A stretch of DNA of 64,000 nucleotides from Bacteroidales bacterium (GCA_041685495.1 JAWLFR010000003.1:5470-69469); one strand, 5' to 3'. Shown: positions 9,212-20,326, counted from the first letter of the stretch. A program made the numbers and translations. Notes: a model not told the origin generated them from the letters alone.

Positions 9212-10516
9212 ATGAAAAGATGGACAGTGATAATTTTACTTTCCGCCCTGCTGCTGCCCCAATGCAATGAGGATAAAGGCATTGAGTATTTTACAGCAGA
9301 AAAGGCAAAGTATTATTTTTCAGAGGTTGAAAAATTATGCAATATAGATGACGGTGAGCTCTGGGGTGAAAATCTTTACGGACCCATATTGCTTATTGAC
9401 ACCCGTACACGCAAGCTGTACTCTAATGTGCAGGATGAGCAGGGCCTGCTAAGACCAAAAGAGGGTATCTATACAGGAAGTTATCCCAGGGAGGAAGTTA
9501 TCAACTATGCCCTTGAATACGGGGGCACCATGTATGCCATGGCGCCAATGCCTGAAGAAGAGGATTATTACAGGATAACAAGCAGATGCATACACGGCCT
9601 GTTCCACTGTCTGCAGATAAGAAAAGGGATGGACACACCCGACTATAACACCAGCCATATGAGTGAGCCTACAGCCCGGCTCTGGCTTAAGATGGAGTGG
9701 AAAGCACTGGAGAGGGCTATACGCACTAAAGGGGAGACAAGAAGACAGGCAATAAGGGATGCCCTGGTTTTCAGGTCAGCGCGAAGGGAGATGTATCCCA
9801 GATACATACAGGATGAAAACAGGTTTGAAAATTACGAAGGGCTTGCTTCATTTACTTATATGAAGATAGGTACATCAGGCAAGGATGAATATCTTAAAAA
9901 GCTCCTTGATTATTTTCATATGATTTATGATTTCCGTTCATATACATTTTCATACGGCTTTGTTCACGGCAATCTGTATGCACACCTGCTGAACGAGGCA
10001 GGTTTTGAATTTACCTCTCTTGAGAGCCGGGATTCCGACCTTGGCAAGATATTAATGGACATATATGATATCACACTACCCGAGATAAGCCGTGATATAG
10101 CAGGAAGCCTTGCTTTTAATTATGATATTGACCGTGTAAAAGAGGAAGAAAGGGTGCGCGAAGAATATTTAAGGGAAGGCCTGAGGCGCAGAACAGCAAA
10201 GTTTACAGAAAAGCCTGTTGTGCTTCTTGAGCTGCAGAGCCCTAACTTCTCCTTTGAGGCTGAAGATACCGATCCTGTTGATACGCTCGGAATAATATAC
10301 CAGACCATAAGGGTCTCAGATAACTGGGGTAAGCTGGCGGTTGAAGAAGGGGGCTGCCTTCTGTCGCCTGACCTGAAATTCCTCCGCATACCGGCAAAGG
10401 ACGTGAAAAAAGAAAAACAGCATATCACCGGTGAAGGATGGCATATAGTGCTGAATAATAACTGGGAAATGGTTAAGATTGAAGAAAATTATTTTATAAA
10501 AAGCCTCATGCCCTGA
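9212..10516 (+). CDS. Putative lipoprotein of unknown function
   Basis: 434 aa. The signal peptide has a lipobox-like LLLPQC. No family motif recognised. Confidence 0.6.
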   Translation: MKRWTVIILLSALLLPQCNEDKGIEYFTAEKAKYYFSEVEKLCNIDDGELWGENLYGPILLIDTRTRKLYSNVQDEQGLLRPKEGIYTGSYPREEVINYALEYGGTMYAMAPMPEEEDYYRITSRCIHGLFHCLQIRKGMDTPDYNTSHMSEPTARLWLKMEWKALERAIRTKGETRRQAIRDALVFRSARREMYPRYIQDENRFENYEGLASFTYMKIGTSGKDEYLKKLLDYFHMIYDFRSYTFSYGFVHGNLYAHLLNEAGFEFTSLESRDSDLGKILMDIYDITLPEISRDIAGSLAFNYDIDRVKEEERVREEYLREGLRRRTAKFTEKPVVLLELQSPNFSFEAEDTDPVDTLGIIYQTIRVSDNWGKLAVEEGGCLLSPDLKFLRIPAKDVKKEKQHITGEGWHIVLNNNWEMVKIEENYFIKSLMP

Positions 10517-10588
10517 CCCGGAGGTAAGACACCTGACCCTGGATATAAGACACCTGACCCGGACGTGAGGCAATAATTTCACGCCTTC

Positions 10589-13231
10589 TCACCTGAGCTT
10601 TTTCAGCTCCCCGAGACGATCGAGCAATGAGCTTATCTTAATCTCTGTATCCTTCTTCTTTTTCTTTTCGGTCTCAACAACCTTTGCAGGAGCATTATTC
10701 ACAAAACGTTCATTATCCAGCTTTTTCATCACTGTTTTCAGAAAACCCCTGTTATATTCAAGTTCGGCCCCGAGCTTCTTTATCTCCTCCTCAACATCTA
10801 TCTTTCCTTCCATCACTACGTAATACTCAGATGTGCCAATCATAAAGCTGACTGAAGCTTCAGGCTTGCTTTCTGTTTCTTCCGGGCCGGCAACCTTACC
10901 AAGCCTTTCCACATATTTACTGAATGCCTGTGAGCCGCTGTGTGTATTCTTATTCACAAATAAACTGAGCATTTCCTTGTTTCCCAGGCCCTTTTCCTTT
11001 CTCAGATTACGAACAGCACTTACAAGCAGGCGGGCATGCTCAAAATCATCCAGGACAGCGGTGTTTACCTCTCCTGCTTCCGGCATATCAGACACCATCA
11101 AACTGCTTCCGGCAGTCCTTTCTTCCATTATCTGCCATATCTCCTCAGTAATAAAGGGCATAAAAGGATGTATCAGTCTTACCAGCCGGTCAAAGAAAGC
11201 AATCGTTTGCCTGTATGTCTTTTTATCCACAGTCTTCCTGTAATCGGGTTTAACAGCTTCAAGGTACCAGCCCGAAAAATCATCCCAGAAAAGTCTGTAC
11301 ACTATCATCAGGGCATCTGATATCCTGTACCTGTCAAAGGCCTTATTATACTCATTTATTGCCTGGTTAAGCCTGTTCCTGAACCAGTGAACGGCTTCAG
11401 AAGACCATGCAGGCTGTTCGGCAATGCTTTCATCTGTCTCCCAGCCTTTAACAAGCCTGAAAGCATTCCATATCTTATTGGCAAAATTTCTCCCCTGTTC
11501 AGGGAGTGAGTCATCATACAACAGGTCATTGCCGGCCGGTGAGCACAGAAGCATTCCCACGCGCACCCCGTCAGCCCCGTATTTATCAATCAGTTTTAAG
11601 GGATCAGGTGAATTACCAAGTGATTTAGACATCTTCCTCCGCTCGGTGTCCCGCACAATACCATGTAAATAAACATCATTAAAAGGCTTTTCACCGCGGT
11701 ACTCATACCCGGCAATTATCATCCTTGCCACCCAGAAAAATAATATCTCAGGTGCTGTGACCAGTGCATTGGTGGGATAATAATAGTTAATATCACTGTT
11801 ATCAGGCTCCAGTATACCATTAAAAGCTGCAATGGGCCACAGCCATGATGAAAACCATGTGTCCAGCACATCCTCATCCTGCCTTATATTCGGGGCTGTC
11901 AGCTCATTATTTCCACTGGCTTTACGGGCGAGTGCAAGTGCATCATCTTCATTTTCCGCCACAACAAATTCTCCGGAACCATAGTACCAGGCAGGTATAC
12001 GATGTCCCCACCACAGCTGGCGGCTAATGCACCAGTCACGGACATTCTCCATCCAGTGCCTGTACACATTCTTAAACTTGGGAGGGTAGATATTTATCTC
12101 TGTATTCATCACGGCATCAAGCGCAGGGTTGGCCAGCTCTTCCATCTTCAGGAACCACTGCGTTGACAACTTGGGCTCTATCACTGCATTCGTGCGCTCG
12201 GAACGGCCAATCTTATTCCTGTAATTTTCTGTCTTCTCAAGCAGGCCCTGATCTTTAAGCAGTTTCACAGCCTTCTCTCTTGCTTCAAACCTGTCAGTAC
12301 CTGTAAACAAACCCGCTTCACCGCTCAGTGTTCCGTCATCATTGAATATATCTATAGTATCAAGACCGTGATTAATGCCTATCTCATAATCATTAATATC
12401 ATGTGCAGGGGTTATCTTAAGGCAGCCTGTACCAAATTCCATATCCACATAATCATCGAAGATCACGGGCACCTCCCTGTCAACCATTGGCACAAATACC
12501 CGTTTACCTTCGAGGGACTTATACCTCTCATCAGCCGGGTTAACACATACAGCCGTATCACCCAGTATTGTTTCAGGCCGTGTGGTGGCTACGGTGATAA
12601 ACTCATCCGCCGTTCCGCTGACCCTGTAACGTACATAATACAGCCTGGAGTCCTCCTCCTTATACATTACCTCCTCGTCGGACACCGCAGTTTTTGCATC
12701 CGGATCCCAGTTCACCATCCGTACCCCCCTGTATATAAGTCCCTTGCTGTACAGGTCGTTAAATACTTTTATCACCGACTTATACCTTGTCTCATCCATG
12801 GTAAAAAGTGTGCGGTCCCAGTCGCAGGAAGCACCCAGACGCTTAAGCTGCTCAAGGATAATGCCTCCATGCTTCTCAGTCCATTCCCAGGCATGTGAAA
12901 GAAACTCATCACGCGTAAGATCTTTTTTCTCTATCCCCTCCTCCTTAAGCTTTGCCACTACCCTGGCCTCTGTGGCTATTGAAGCATGATCAGTACCGGG
13001 CACCCAGCAGGCATTTTTGTTCATCATCCGCTGCCGTCTTATCAGTACATCCTGCAGGGTATTATTTAACATATGTCCCATATGAAGAACACCGGTCACA
13101 TTTGGCGGAGGTATAGTAATAACATAGGGCTCTCGATCATCAGGACTGCTGCTGAAGAAACCCTGCTCCATCCAGTATTTATACCACCTGGATTCGGTAT
13201 CACCCGGTTTGTATCTGGAAGGTATATCCAT
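10589..13231 (-). CDS. valS: Valine--tRNA ligase
   Basis: 880 aa. It has a HIGH-type motif ([13 protein letters not shown]), a KMSKS motif, an editing domain and a C-terminal coiled coil. Confidence 0.95.
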   Translation of the reverse strand: MDIPSRYKPGDTESRWYKYWMEQGFFSSSPDDREPYVITIPPPNVTGVLHMGHMLNNTLQDVLIRRQRMMNKNACWVPGTDHASIATEARVVAKLKEEGIEKKDLTRDEFLSHAWEWTEKHGGIILEQLKRLGASCDWDRTLFTMDETRYKSVIKVFNDLYSKGLIYRGVRMVNWDPDAKTAVSDEEVMYKEEDSRLYYVRYRVSGTADEFITVATTRPETILGDTAVCVNPADERYKSLEGKRVFVPMVDREVPVIFDDYVDMEFGTGCLKITPAHDINDYEIGINHGLDTIDIFNDDGTLSGEAGLFTGTDRFEAREKAVKLLKDQGLLEKTENYRNKIGRSERTNAVIEPKLSTQWFLKMEELANPALDAVMNTEINIYPPKFKNVYRHWMENVRDWCISRQLWWGHRIPAWYYGSGEFVVAENEDDALALARKASGNNELTAPNIRQDEDVLDTWFSSWLWPIAAFNGILEPDNSDINYYYPTNALVTAPEILFFWVARMIIAGYEYRGEKPFNDVYLHGIVRDTERRKMSKSLGNSPDPLKLIDKYGADGVRVGMLLCSPAGNDLLYDDSLPEQGRNFANKIWNAFRLVKGWETDESIAEQPAWSSEAVHWFRNRLNQAINEYNKAFDRYRISDALMIVYRLFWDDFSGWYLEAVKPDYRKTVDKKTYRQTIAFFDRLVRLIHPFMPFITEEIWQIMEERTAGSSLMVSDMPEAGEVNTAVLDDFEHARLLVSAVRNLRKEKGLGNKEMLSLFVNKNTHSGSQAFSKYVERLGKVAGPEETESKPEASVSFMIGTSEYYVVMEGKIDVEEEIKKLGAELEYNRGFLKTVMKKLDNERFVNNAPAKVVETEKKKKKDTEIKISSLLDRLGELKKLR

Positions 13232-13310
13232 ATCTTGAAATTATCATTAATGAAGTGCAAAAATATAAATTTAAATGTTATAAATCATTCAATTTTACAA
13301 GCCGATGAAT

Positions 13311-13318
13311 TAACTTTG
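13311..13318 (+). promoter_or_regulatory. Bacteroidota-type -7 promoter element (TAACTTTG)
   Basis: TAnnTTTG match, 29 nt upstream of the ATG at 13347. Confidence 0.35.
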
Positions 13319-13346
13319 TATACTTGAACCCATTAAAAAAAACGAT

Positions 13347-14546
13347 ATGCCACAAATATCAAAAAAAGGCATGGCTATGCCCGCCTCTCCTATAAGAAAA
13401 CTGGTCCCTTATGCCGAAGAAGCAAAAAGAAAAGGAAGAAAAGTCTACCACCTCAATATCGGGCAGCCGGATATTCCCACACCGGTCATTGCCCTTGATG
13501 CTCTGAGGAATATGCAGGAAAAAGTTATTGTATACAGTCATTCAGCAGGTAACGAATCATACCGCAGAAAGCTTGCAGGATACTACCAGGGAATAAACAT
13601 CGATGTGGACCATACTGAAATTATTATAACAACGGGTGGTTCGGAAGCTGTTCTTTTTGCTTTTATGAGCTGCCTGGATCCGGGCGATGAAATAATAGCC
13701 CCCGAGCCTTTTTACGCTAACTATAACGGTTTTGCCACTACAGCAGGTGTTAATATTGTGCCTGTGACTTCAAAAATTGAAGAAGATTTTGCACTGCCCC
13801 CGCTTGAGCAGATTGAGAAAAAGATAACTGAAAAAACAAAGGGCATAATAATATGTAATCCCAATAATCCCACAGGCTACCTGTATACCGAAGAAGAAAT
13901 GGAGCAGCTGAGACAGATAGTGCTCAAACATGACCTGTACCTGTTCTCAGACGAAGTTTACCGTGAGTTCTGCTACGACGGGGAGAAACATATATCAGCC
14001 ATGCACCTTGAAGGAATAGAGGAAAACGTGATACTGCTTGACTCGGTATCGAAAAGGTACAGCGAGTGCGGGGTAAGGATCGGAGCACTGGTGACAAAGA
14101 ACAGGGATGTACTTGACACGGCACTTAAATTTGCACAGGCCAGACTGAGCCCTCCCGGCCTGGGACAGATAGTAGGTGAAGCATCCATTGATACACCGCA
14201 GGAATATTTTGATGATGTATATAATGAGTATATAAAGCGCCGCGACTTCATGGTGGAAGCGCTTAATAAGATGCCCGGTGTTTATTGCCCGAAACCCAAA
14301 GGTGCTTTTTACAGCACGGTAAAGCTGCCCGTTGATGATGCCGACAAGTTCTCACAATGGCTTCTTGAGGATTTTGAATACGGCAACCAGACTGTTATGC
14401 TTGCCCCGGCTTCAGGCTTTTATTCAAGTCCGGGCCTGGGCCATAACCAGGTACGCATAGCTTATGTTCTTAATACAGATGATCTTAAGAACGCCATGGA
14501 AACCCTGTCAGAGGCCCTTAAGGTTTATCCGGGAAGAACATCCTGA
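13347..14546 (+). CDS. PLP-dependent aminotransferase, class I/II (aspartate aminotransferase-like)
   Basis: 399 aa. Contains NPNNPTG, a SVSKRY lysine motif and RIAY near the C-terminus. Confidence 0.85.
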   Translation: MPQISKKGMAMPASPIRKLVPYAEEAKRKGRKVYHLNIGQPDIPTPVIALDALRNMQEKVIVYSHSAGNESYRRKLAGYYQGINIDVDHTEIIITTGGSEAVLFAFMSCLDPGDEIIAPEPFYANYNGFATTAGVNIVPVTSKIEEDFALPPLEQIEKKITEKTKGIIICNPNNPTGYLYTEEEMEQLRQIVLKHDLYLFSDEVYREFCYDGEKHISAMHLEGIEENVILLDSVSKRYSECGVRIGALVTKNRDVLDTALKFAQARLSPPGLGQIVGEASIDTPQEYFDDVYNEYIKRRDFMVEALNKMPGVYCPKPKGAFYSTVKLPVDDADKFSQWLLEDFEYGNQTVMLAPASGFYSSPGLGHNQVRIAYVLNTDDLKNAMETLSEALKVYPGRTS

Positions 14547-14570
14547 AATCCGGATAATAAAACCAGGTTA

Positions 14571-15200
14571 ATGGAACTATGTCCGCTTTGTAATGGCTTA
14601 TCAGGCACATTTTGCACTATAAAGAAGAAGGTCTATTATCAGTGCACGGATTGCAGGGGCATATTTCTTGAACGCCACCACCTGCCCGGGGAAGATGAAG
14701 AAATAACAAGGTATAAGGAACATAATAACGATGTTAACGATCCGGGATACCGTAAATTTACCAGTCCTGTGGTCAGGACTGTACTCAGGGATTTCCTGCC
14801 GGAACACAGGGGACTTGATTTCGGCGCAGGCACAGGCCCGGTTATAAGCAAAATGCTGGAGGAAAAGAATTACCGCATTACACAGTATGACCCCTTTTTT
14901 TGTGATAATCCCGGATTGCTCCAGGACAGGTACGATTATATTATCAGCTGTGAAGTAATAGAGCATTTCCACCGGCCGGCAAAGGAATTTGACCTGCTCA
15001 GGTCCCTTCTACGGCATAAGGGAAAGCTTTACTGCATGACTGATATTTACCGTGAAGACATAGATTTCAGGAAATGGTATTATAAGGACGACCCCACCCA
15101 TGTATTTTTCTACATGGAAGAGACTCTTGTTTTCATTAAGGAAAGCTTTGGCTTCAGTGAACTGGAGGTACATGACAGGCTTATAATATTCTCAGACTGA
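14571..15200 (+). CDS. Class I SAM-dependent methyltransferase with N-terminal zinc ribbon
   Basis: 209 aa. It has CPLC...CTDC cysteine pairs followed by LDFGAGTGP (SAM motif I). Confidence 0.7.
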   Translation: MELCPLCNGLSGTFCTIKKKVYYQCTDCRGIFLERHHLPGEDEEITRYKEHNNDVNDPGYRKFTSPVVRTVLRDFLPEHRGLDFGAGTGPVISKMLEEKNYRITQYDPFFCDNPGLLQDRYDYIISCEVIEHFHRPAKEFDLLRSLLRHKGKLYCMTDIYREDIDFRKWYYKDDPTHVFFYMEETLVFIKESFGFSELEVHDRLIIFSD

Positions 15201-15213
15201 AATTCCGGCAATT

Positions 15214-15897
15214 CTACTCCCTGAACCTATAACCTATACCGGACTCAGTAATCAATAATACAGGTTTGGCAGGATTGTCTTCAATCTTTTTTCTTAACTG
15301 GGCAATAAACACTCTCAGATACTGTGTCTGCTCCAGATAGCTATACCCCCATACCTCTTTAAGTATAAACTGATGGGTGAGTACACGCCCACTGTTTCGG
15401 GCGAGCAAATAAAGTAATGAAAACTCGGTAGCGGTAAGTTTTACTATTTCATTGTTTTTACGCACTACATGGCTGACCACATCAATAGTCAGGGTATCAA
15501 ACTGCAAAACAGCAGCATCCTCCTTCTTGTTGCCCGTCCTTATGGCTGCCCGTATTCTTGCCAGCAATTCTCCCGTTCTGAATGGTTTTGTAAGATAATC
15601 ATTGGCACCGTTATCCAGGGCTTCAATAATATCATCTTCTGATTTGCGCACCGATAAAACAATAACGGGTTTAAAAAACCATTCCCGCAATTTCTTCAGG
15701 ACATTCTGCCCGTCGGAATCGGGCAAACCAAGATCCAGAATTATAAGGGCAGGATTATGAGCAGCAGCATCCACAAGTCCATCCTTGCCATTTGATGACT
15801 GAATAACCTTATAGCCATTTGCAGTAAGGGTTATTTCCAGTAATCGCCTTATCTGCAATTCATCATCAATAATTAATATATGTTCATTCTCAGCCAT
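15214..15897 (-). CDS. kdpE: OmpR-family response regulator, KdpE-like
   Basis: 227 aa. The receiver domain (ILIIDDE, LIILDLGLPDSDG, DDYLTKPF) and winged-helix C-terminus closely follow the KdpE pattern. Confidence 0.8.
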   Translation of the reverse strand: MAENEHILIIDDELQIRRLLEITLTANGYKVIQSSNGKDGLVDAAAHNPALIILDLGLPDSDGQNVLKKLREWFFKPVIVLSVRKSEDDIIEALDNGANDYLTKPFRTGELLARIRAAIRTGNKKEDAAVLQFDTLTIDVVSHVVRKNNEIVKLTATEFSLLYLLARNSGRVLTHQFILKEVWGYSYLEQTQYLRVFIAQLRKKIEDNPAKPVLLITESGIGYRFRE

Positions 15898-15901
15898 TCA
15901 G

Positions 15902-17425
15902 TTAATTCTCAAAATTCTCAATATGCGGTTTTCCCGATGGGATATGTATTGTCACCTTTGCGCCACCACCAGTTATGTTTTCAGCTTTTATCAATCCATT
16001 ATGTGCCTCTACAAATCCCTTTGCTATCGATAAACCCAGTCCCAGTCCGCCCGACTTACTGCCATCAGCCCTGAAGAATTTTTTAAACACATTCTTCACA
16101 TCTGTTTCAGGGAAACCTGGTCCCCCGTCAAGAACCTCCAGGATAAGACCGCCGTTTTTATAGCTGCTTATAAGCTTTATCTCAGCCAGAGCAGGGGCAT
16201 ATTGTGTAGAATTGACAAGGAGATTATATAAGACCTGCTCCATAAGGCCGAAATCAATTTTAACGAAAGGCATATCCTCTGCAATAAAGACCTTAAAGGT
16301 AAAGGGTTTCATTTCTTCTTTGAGATCTTCCGTTACTTTATTTATCAGATCGTTTATATCACACCAGTCGGGCCGCACAGATATATGTCCGCTCTCCAGG
16401 CGTGAAATATTCAGCAGGTTTTCCACCAGCCTGTTAAGCCGAAGGGATGCTGTAAAGATCTCGTTACAAAGAGCTTTTTGCATATTATCCGAAGCAGATG
16501 AGTTAAGTATAGAATCAGAAGCTCCCATGATTGTTGCTACGGGTATCCTGAATTCATGTGAGATAGAATTAAACAATGTCCTGTACAGCCTGTCTGATTC
16601 ATCCAGAAATCTGACTTTCCGGGCCAGTTTACCAAGAAACTCCCTCTCAAGGGCATTTGATATCTGGGTGATAAAGGTGTCCCAGAAATATTTCTGCTGA
16701 TCCGGAAAATAGGAGCCCTTTTTAACAAGCACTACCCCCGGATTTAATTTTGCGCCAAACAAAGGATAAATAGCTAAACCGGAGGGAAATGGTCCGGAAA
16801 GGGGAGTTTCTCCACTGTTAACCTGATCAAATGCTCTCACTGCATTATTACAATCTTTCTCACCTAAGCCGGCCGCTCCCCCTGCCGCTCCCGCTAAATC
16901 AAGTCTGCCGTTTCCATCCTGCAAAATAAATACAGGGTCAATGGAAAAGTGTCGCTTTATCTCCCTGGAAGCAACATCAAGTATCTCCTCTATACTGCTT
17001 GATTTTGAAAGTTCCTTTGTCAATTGAAAGAGTGCATTTGTATTTTTTTCTCTGTCGCGGGTTAATTTTTCCTGCTTTCTGACCCTTGTTGTCAGTACAC
17101 CGTTTACGATTGCGATAATAAAAAAAAGTCCGAAAATCAATATATCTTCCGTCTTTTCTATATTGAAGGTATGATGTGGCGGGATGAAGAAATAATTCCA
17201 AACTACAGCGCTTAAGGTAGATGCAAGCAGAACAGGACCAACGCCAAAAAATGCAGACAGTATTGAAACAATAAATAACAGCAGGAAGGAAACAACATGA
17301 TAATTCTGTGTATTCGAAAGAGGTGTGCAAATAAAAGCAACCGCGCCAATAATTATTCCGGCTAGAATATAATGAGTGATCCCGGAATTACGGGCCTGAG
17401 ATAAAACTCTCTTTATATATCCCAT
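15902..17425 (-). CDS. KdpD-type sensor histidine kinase, C-terminal half only (DUF4118 membrane domain, GAF-like, HisKA, HATPase_c)
   Basis: 507 aa. It begins directly with 4 TM helices containing FFIPP. It has an H-box SHEFRIP and G-boxes DGGPGF and GGLGLGLSI. No N-terminal KdpD/Usp sensor domain is present. Confidence 0.8.
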   Translation of the reverse strand: MGYIKRVLSQARNSGITHYILAGIIIGAVAFICTPLSNTQNYHVVSFLLLFIVSILSAFFGVGPVLLASTLSAVVWNYFFIPPHHTFNIEKTEDILIFGLFFIIAIVNGVLTTRVRKQEKLTRDREKNTNALFQLTKELSKSSSIEEILDVASREIKRHFSIDPVFILQDGNGRLDLAGAAGGAAGLGEKDCNNAVRAFDQVNSGETPLSGPFPSGLAIYPLFGAKLNPGVVLVKKGSYFPDQQKYFWDTFITQISNALEREFLGKLARKVRFLDESDRLYRTLFNSISHEFRIPVATIMGASDSILNSSASDNMQKALCNEIFTASLRLNRLVENLLNISRLESGHISVRPDWCDINDLINKVTEDLKEEMKPFTFKVFIAEDMPFVKIDFGLMEQVLYNLLVNSTQYAPALAEIKLISSYKNGGLILEVLDGGPGFPETDVKNVFKKFFRADGSKSGGLGLGLSIAKGFVEAHNGLIKAENITGGGAKVTIHIPSGKPHIENFEN

Positions 17426-17482
17426 TTAATCCATTTATTTAATATACAAATGTAATAATTAATCCTTCCCATTTGTGTTCGG

Positions 17483-18952
17483 TCAGTCTCTCCAGAAATG
17501 TCTTGTGAAAAGTATTAATATTGGATATATTTCCAATCTTCCGAATAACATCAATATGGAAAGTAGCAGCTTTGCGAGAGACGGCAGGTGGGAGAAATTA
17601 CCTGCCGGGCCTACAGATCCTATACCCGGACCGATACCCGCCATGCAAGTTGCCACAGAGCCACCAGATGTTTTGATGTCAACACCAATAACTACCATCA
17701 AAAGAACTCCGCTTACAAAAACCATGAAATAAATAGAAATAAAAGAAAGGATGGAACTGTTCATCCGGTCGGTTATGGACTTTCTGTTCAACCTAACAGG
17801 TACTACAGCACTGGGGTGGGTTAATACCTTAAAAATACGCCTGATATTCTTTAGAAGGACCAGGTGCCTTGCCATTTTTATACCACCGGCTGTTGAGCCT
17901 GTGCTCCCCCCAACAAACATACCCATAAATATGAGCAGCCAGGCATATACAGGCCATTGCATATAATCAGCAGTGGTATAGCCTGTACATGTAAATATTG
18001 AAATTACCTGGAAGAAACTATCCCTGAATGATATTTCAAGAACCTTACCGGTTCTGTAAAAAAGTATAGCTGTAATAATTATACCTGTGAAGAACACAAT
18101 AAACAGGTAAAACCTCAGTTCCTCATTCTTCCTGATCTTTTTAATTTGCCCCGTCATAAGGTAGTAATGAATTACAAAATTAGTTCCGCCCAGGAGCATA
18201 AATACCATTATCACATACTGTATGTAAGCTGAATAACCGGCAATACTGTCATTTTTTGGAGAGAACCCTCCGGTGGCGATAGTCCCGAAAGCATGGCACA
18301 CACTCTCAAACAGATTCATCTTACCATATAGCAAAAAGACTATCTCGGTAACAGTCAGACCAATATAAATAACCAACAAACGCTTACTGATATTTTTAAC
18401 CCGGGGCAGCATTTTTTCCTGGAATGAAGATTCAAGAGTAAAGAGGTGGTAACCTGCAATATGAAGCTTTGGCATTATTATAATCACCAGTACAATTATC
18501 CCTATACCCCCTATCCAGTGTGTCAGGCTCCTCCAGAACAGTATTGACATGGGCAATGATTCAATATCACTCAAAATTGATGAGCCTGTAGTTGTGAATC
18601 CTGATACCGATTCAAAGAAAGCATTTATAAACACCGGTATTGAACCTGAAAAAATATATGGCAGGCATCCCAGCAAGCTTATAACCAGCCATGAAAGGGT
18701 GACGATCAGGAAGGCTTCTTTCCTTCCCATACTATATTTCTCAATTTTTTTTCCTGTGATAAAGAATAATAACAGACCGGAAATAAGTGATATTAAGGAT
18801 GAAAGAATAAATGGACCAGGCGACTCTTTAAAGTTAACAGCAATCAGACTACTTAATAATAAGGCAGCAGAAAGAATAAACAGGTTACGGCTGATTATGT
18901 TAAATACAATACTAAGATTTATATTTCTGCGCATAGTGCTCTGCAGCCACAT
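17483..18952 (-). CDS. trkH: TrkH-family potassium uptake membrane protein
   Basis: 489 aa, polytopic. It shows repeated M1-P-M2 selectivity-filter-like motifs (TTTGSS, IATGGFS, CTGYTT, GSTGSTAGGIK). Confidence 0.85.
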   Translation of the reverse strand: MWLQSTMRRNINLSIVFNIISRNLFILSAALLLSSLIAVNFKESPGPFILSSLISLISGLLLFFITGKKIEKYSMGRKEAFLIVTLSWLVISLLGCLPYIFSGSIPVFINAFFESVSGFTTTGSSILSDIESLPMSILFWRSLTHWIGGIGIIVLVIIIMPKLHIAGYHLFTLESSFQEKMLPRVKNISKRLLVIYIGLTVTEIVFLLYGKMNLFESVCHAFGTIATGGFSPKNDSIAGYSAYIQYVIMVFMLLGGTNFVIHYYLMTGQIKKIRKNEELRFYLFIVFFTGIIITAILFYRTGKVLEISFRDSFFQVISIFTCTGYTTADYMQWPVYAWLLIFMGMFVGGSTGSTAGGIKMARHLVLLKNIRRIFKVLTHPSAVVPVRLNRKSITDRMNSSILSFISIYFMVFVSGVLLMVVIGVDIKTSGGSVATCMAGIGPGIGSVGPAGNFSHLPSLAKLLLSILMLFGRLEIYPILILFTRHFWRD

Positions 18953-19162
18953 TGGCCTCTGCGTTAATACTGCTCAATAAATTTTAGCCCTCAAGCTATC
19001 GAAGCGGACACAAACGCAAAACAAAATCATTTTTATAAAGACCATATAAAGATCAATAGCAGATATATAAAGATTTAATAAAGATGAGGATTTTTTTAAT
19101 TAATGATACGGGGCAGCATGATAATGCCCGTTCAAATAATCTTCGGCTTTGCAAATAAATTA

Positions 19163-20326
19163 TTACCGGTACAATAAGTACTTCTCCCGAATTTCCCTGA
19201 ATTCAGCCAGGCCAGCATCCCAGCCGGCCCTTATTTCCTCTTCCGGAATGCCTGCAATAATCTGCTTCCTTAAACTGTCACTGCCTGCCAGCAGATCCAT
19301 ATACGGGGTAAAAAAAGCATCTTTATCAGGAAAATCATTATAGGCTTCTATCAGCCAGTGCAACTGCAGTCGCGGAACAGGCACCAGCCCGTCTTCCATG
19401 GCTCTGCGCAGGTCTGTTCCGTAACATTCAATACCATTAAAAAGCGGATCGGAAGCACCATCATTGGGCCGGGGTGTAAAGCTAAAACCGGTATCGGGCA
19501 TATCCGGGTGGCCGAATAACTGGAAAGGGGTATCTGTACCCCTGCCACAGCTCAATACCGTACCTTCAAACAGGCACAGCGAGGGATACAGATATACCGA
19601 GTTCATATCCGGTAGGTTAGGTGAAGGTTTCCGAGGCAGTTCATAAAATGTATCATGGCTATAATTAAGGCATTTAACAACATGAAGCCTGCATTCTATA
19701 CCGTTTTCAAGCCATCCTTCGCCATTGAGCATCATGGCATATTCACCGGGGGTCATACCATGTACAAGAGGAATGGGGGTAAGTCCCACAAACGAAGTGA
19801 AAGCAGTGTCCAGCACAGGACCGTCAACATAAAACCCGTTGGGATTGGGGCGGTCCAGAACGATAAGACTGATATCATTATATGCACACGCTTCCATTAT
19901 ATATTGCAGGGTTGAGATATAAGTATAGAACCTTGCCCCAACGTCCTGAAGGTCGAATAGCATTATATCTATCCCTTCCATATCTTCATCTGTGGGTTTC
20001 TTCTTGCTACCATACAGGCTGATTATTTCTATCTCGTGCACCGGGTGCTTTTCGTTCAGTATCCTTGAACCTGCATTCCCATCACCCCAGAAGCCGTGTT
20101 CCGGGCCGAAAATCTTTCTTATATCTGCGTTCCTGGAAAGGAGGGTGTCCACCAGATGGGTCTGTCCTACCATGCTGGTATGGTTGCCCACTATGCCCAC
20201 CTTTTTTCCCTTAATAAGACTGTCATAATCACTGAACAGATAAGCTCCCGGAATGACATCTTCAGCAGGTACACGGCATGAATGGAATAGTACCATAAGG
20301 GGAATAATAAACAGGTATTTTTTCAT
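19163..20326 (-). CDS. DUF1343 family protein (NamZ/YbbC-like exo-beta-N-acetylmuramidase family)
   Basis: 387 aa with a signal peptide. Contains GIVGNHTS, FGPEHGFWG and DLQDVGARFYTYIST motifs typical of DUF1343. Confidence 0.75.
   Translation of the reverse strand: MKKYLFIIPLMVLFHSCRVPAEDVIPGAYLFSDYDSLIKGKKVGIVGNHTSMVGQTHLVDTLLSRNADIRKIFGPEHGFWGDGNAGSRILNEKHPVHEIEIISLYGSKKKPTDEDMEGIDIMLFDLQDVGARFYTYISTLQYIMEACAYNDISLIVLDRPNPNGFYVDGPVLDTAFTSFVGLTPIPLVHGMTPGEYAMMLNGEGWLENGIECRLHVVKCLNYSHDTFYELPRKPSPNLPDMNSVYLYPSLCLFEGTVLSCGRGTDTPFQLFGHPDMPDTGFSFTPRPNDGASDPLFNGIECYGTDLRRAMEDGLVPVPRLQLHWLIEAYNDFPDKDAFFTPYMDLLAGSDSLRKQIIAGIPEEEIRAGWDAGLAEFREIREKYLLYR

Noticed and set aside
9590-9625. An HGLFH (HxxxH) motif in the 434-aa lipoprotein as a possible zinc-metallopeptidase site.
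   Set aside because: The motif is not the HExxH consensus because it lacks the catalytic Glu. I could recognise no third ligand motif, so this is too weak to call.
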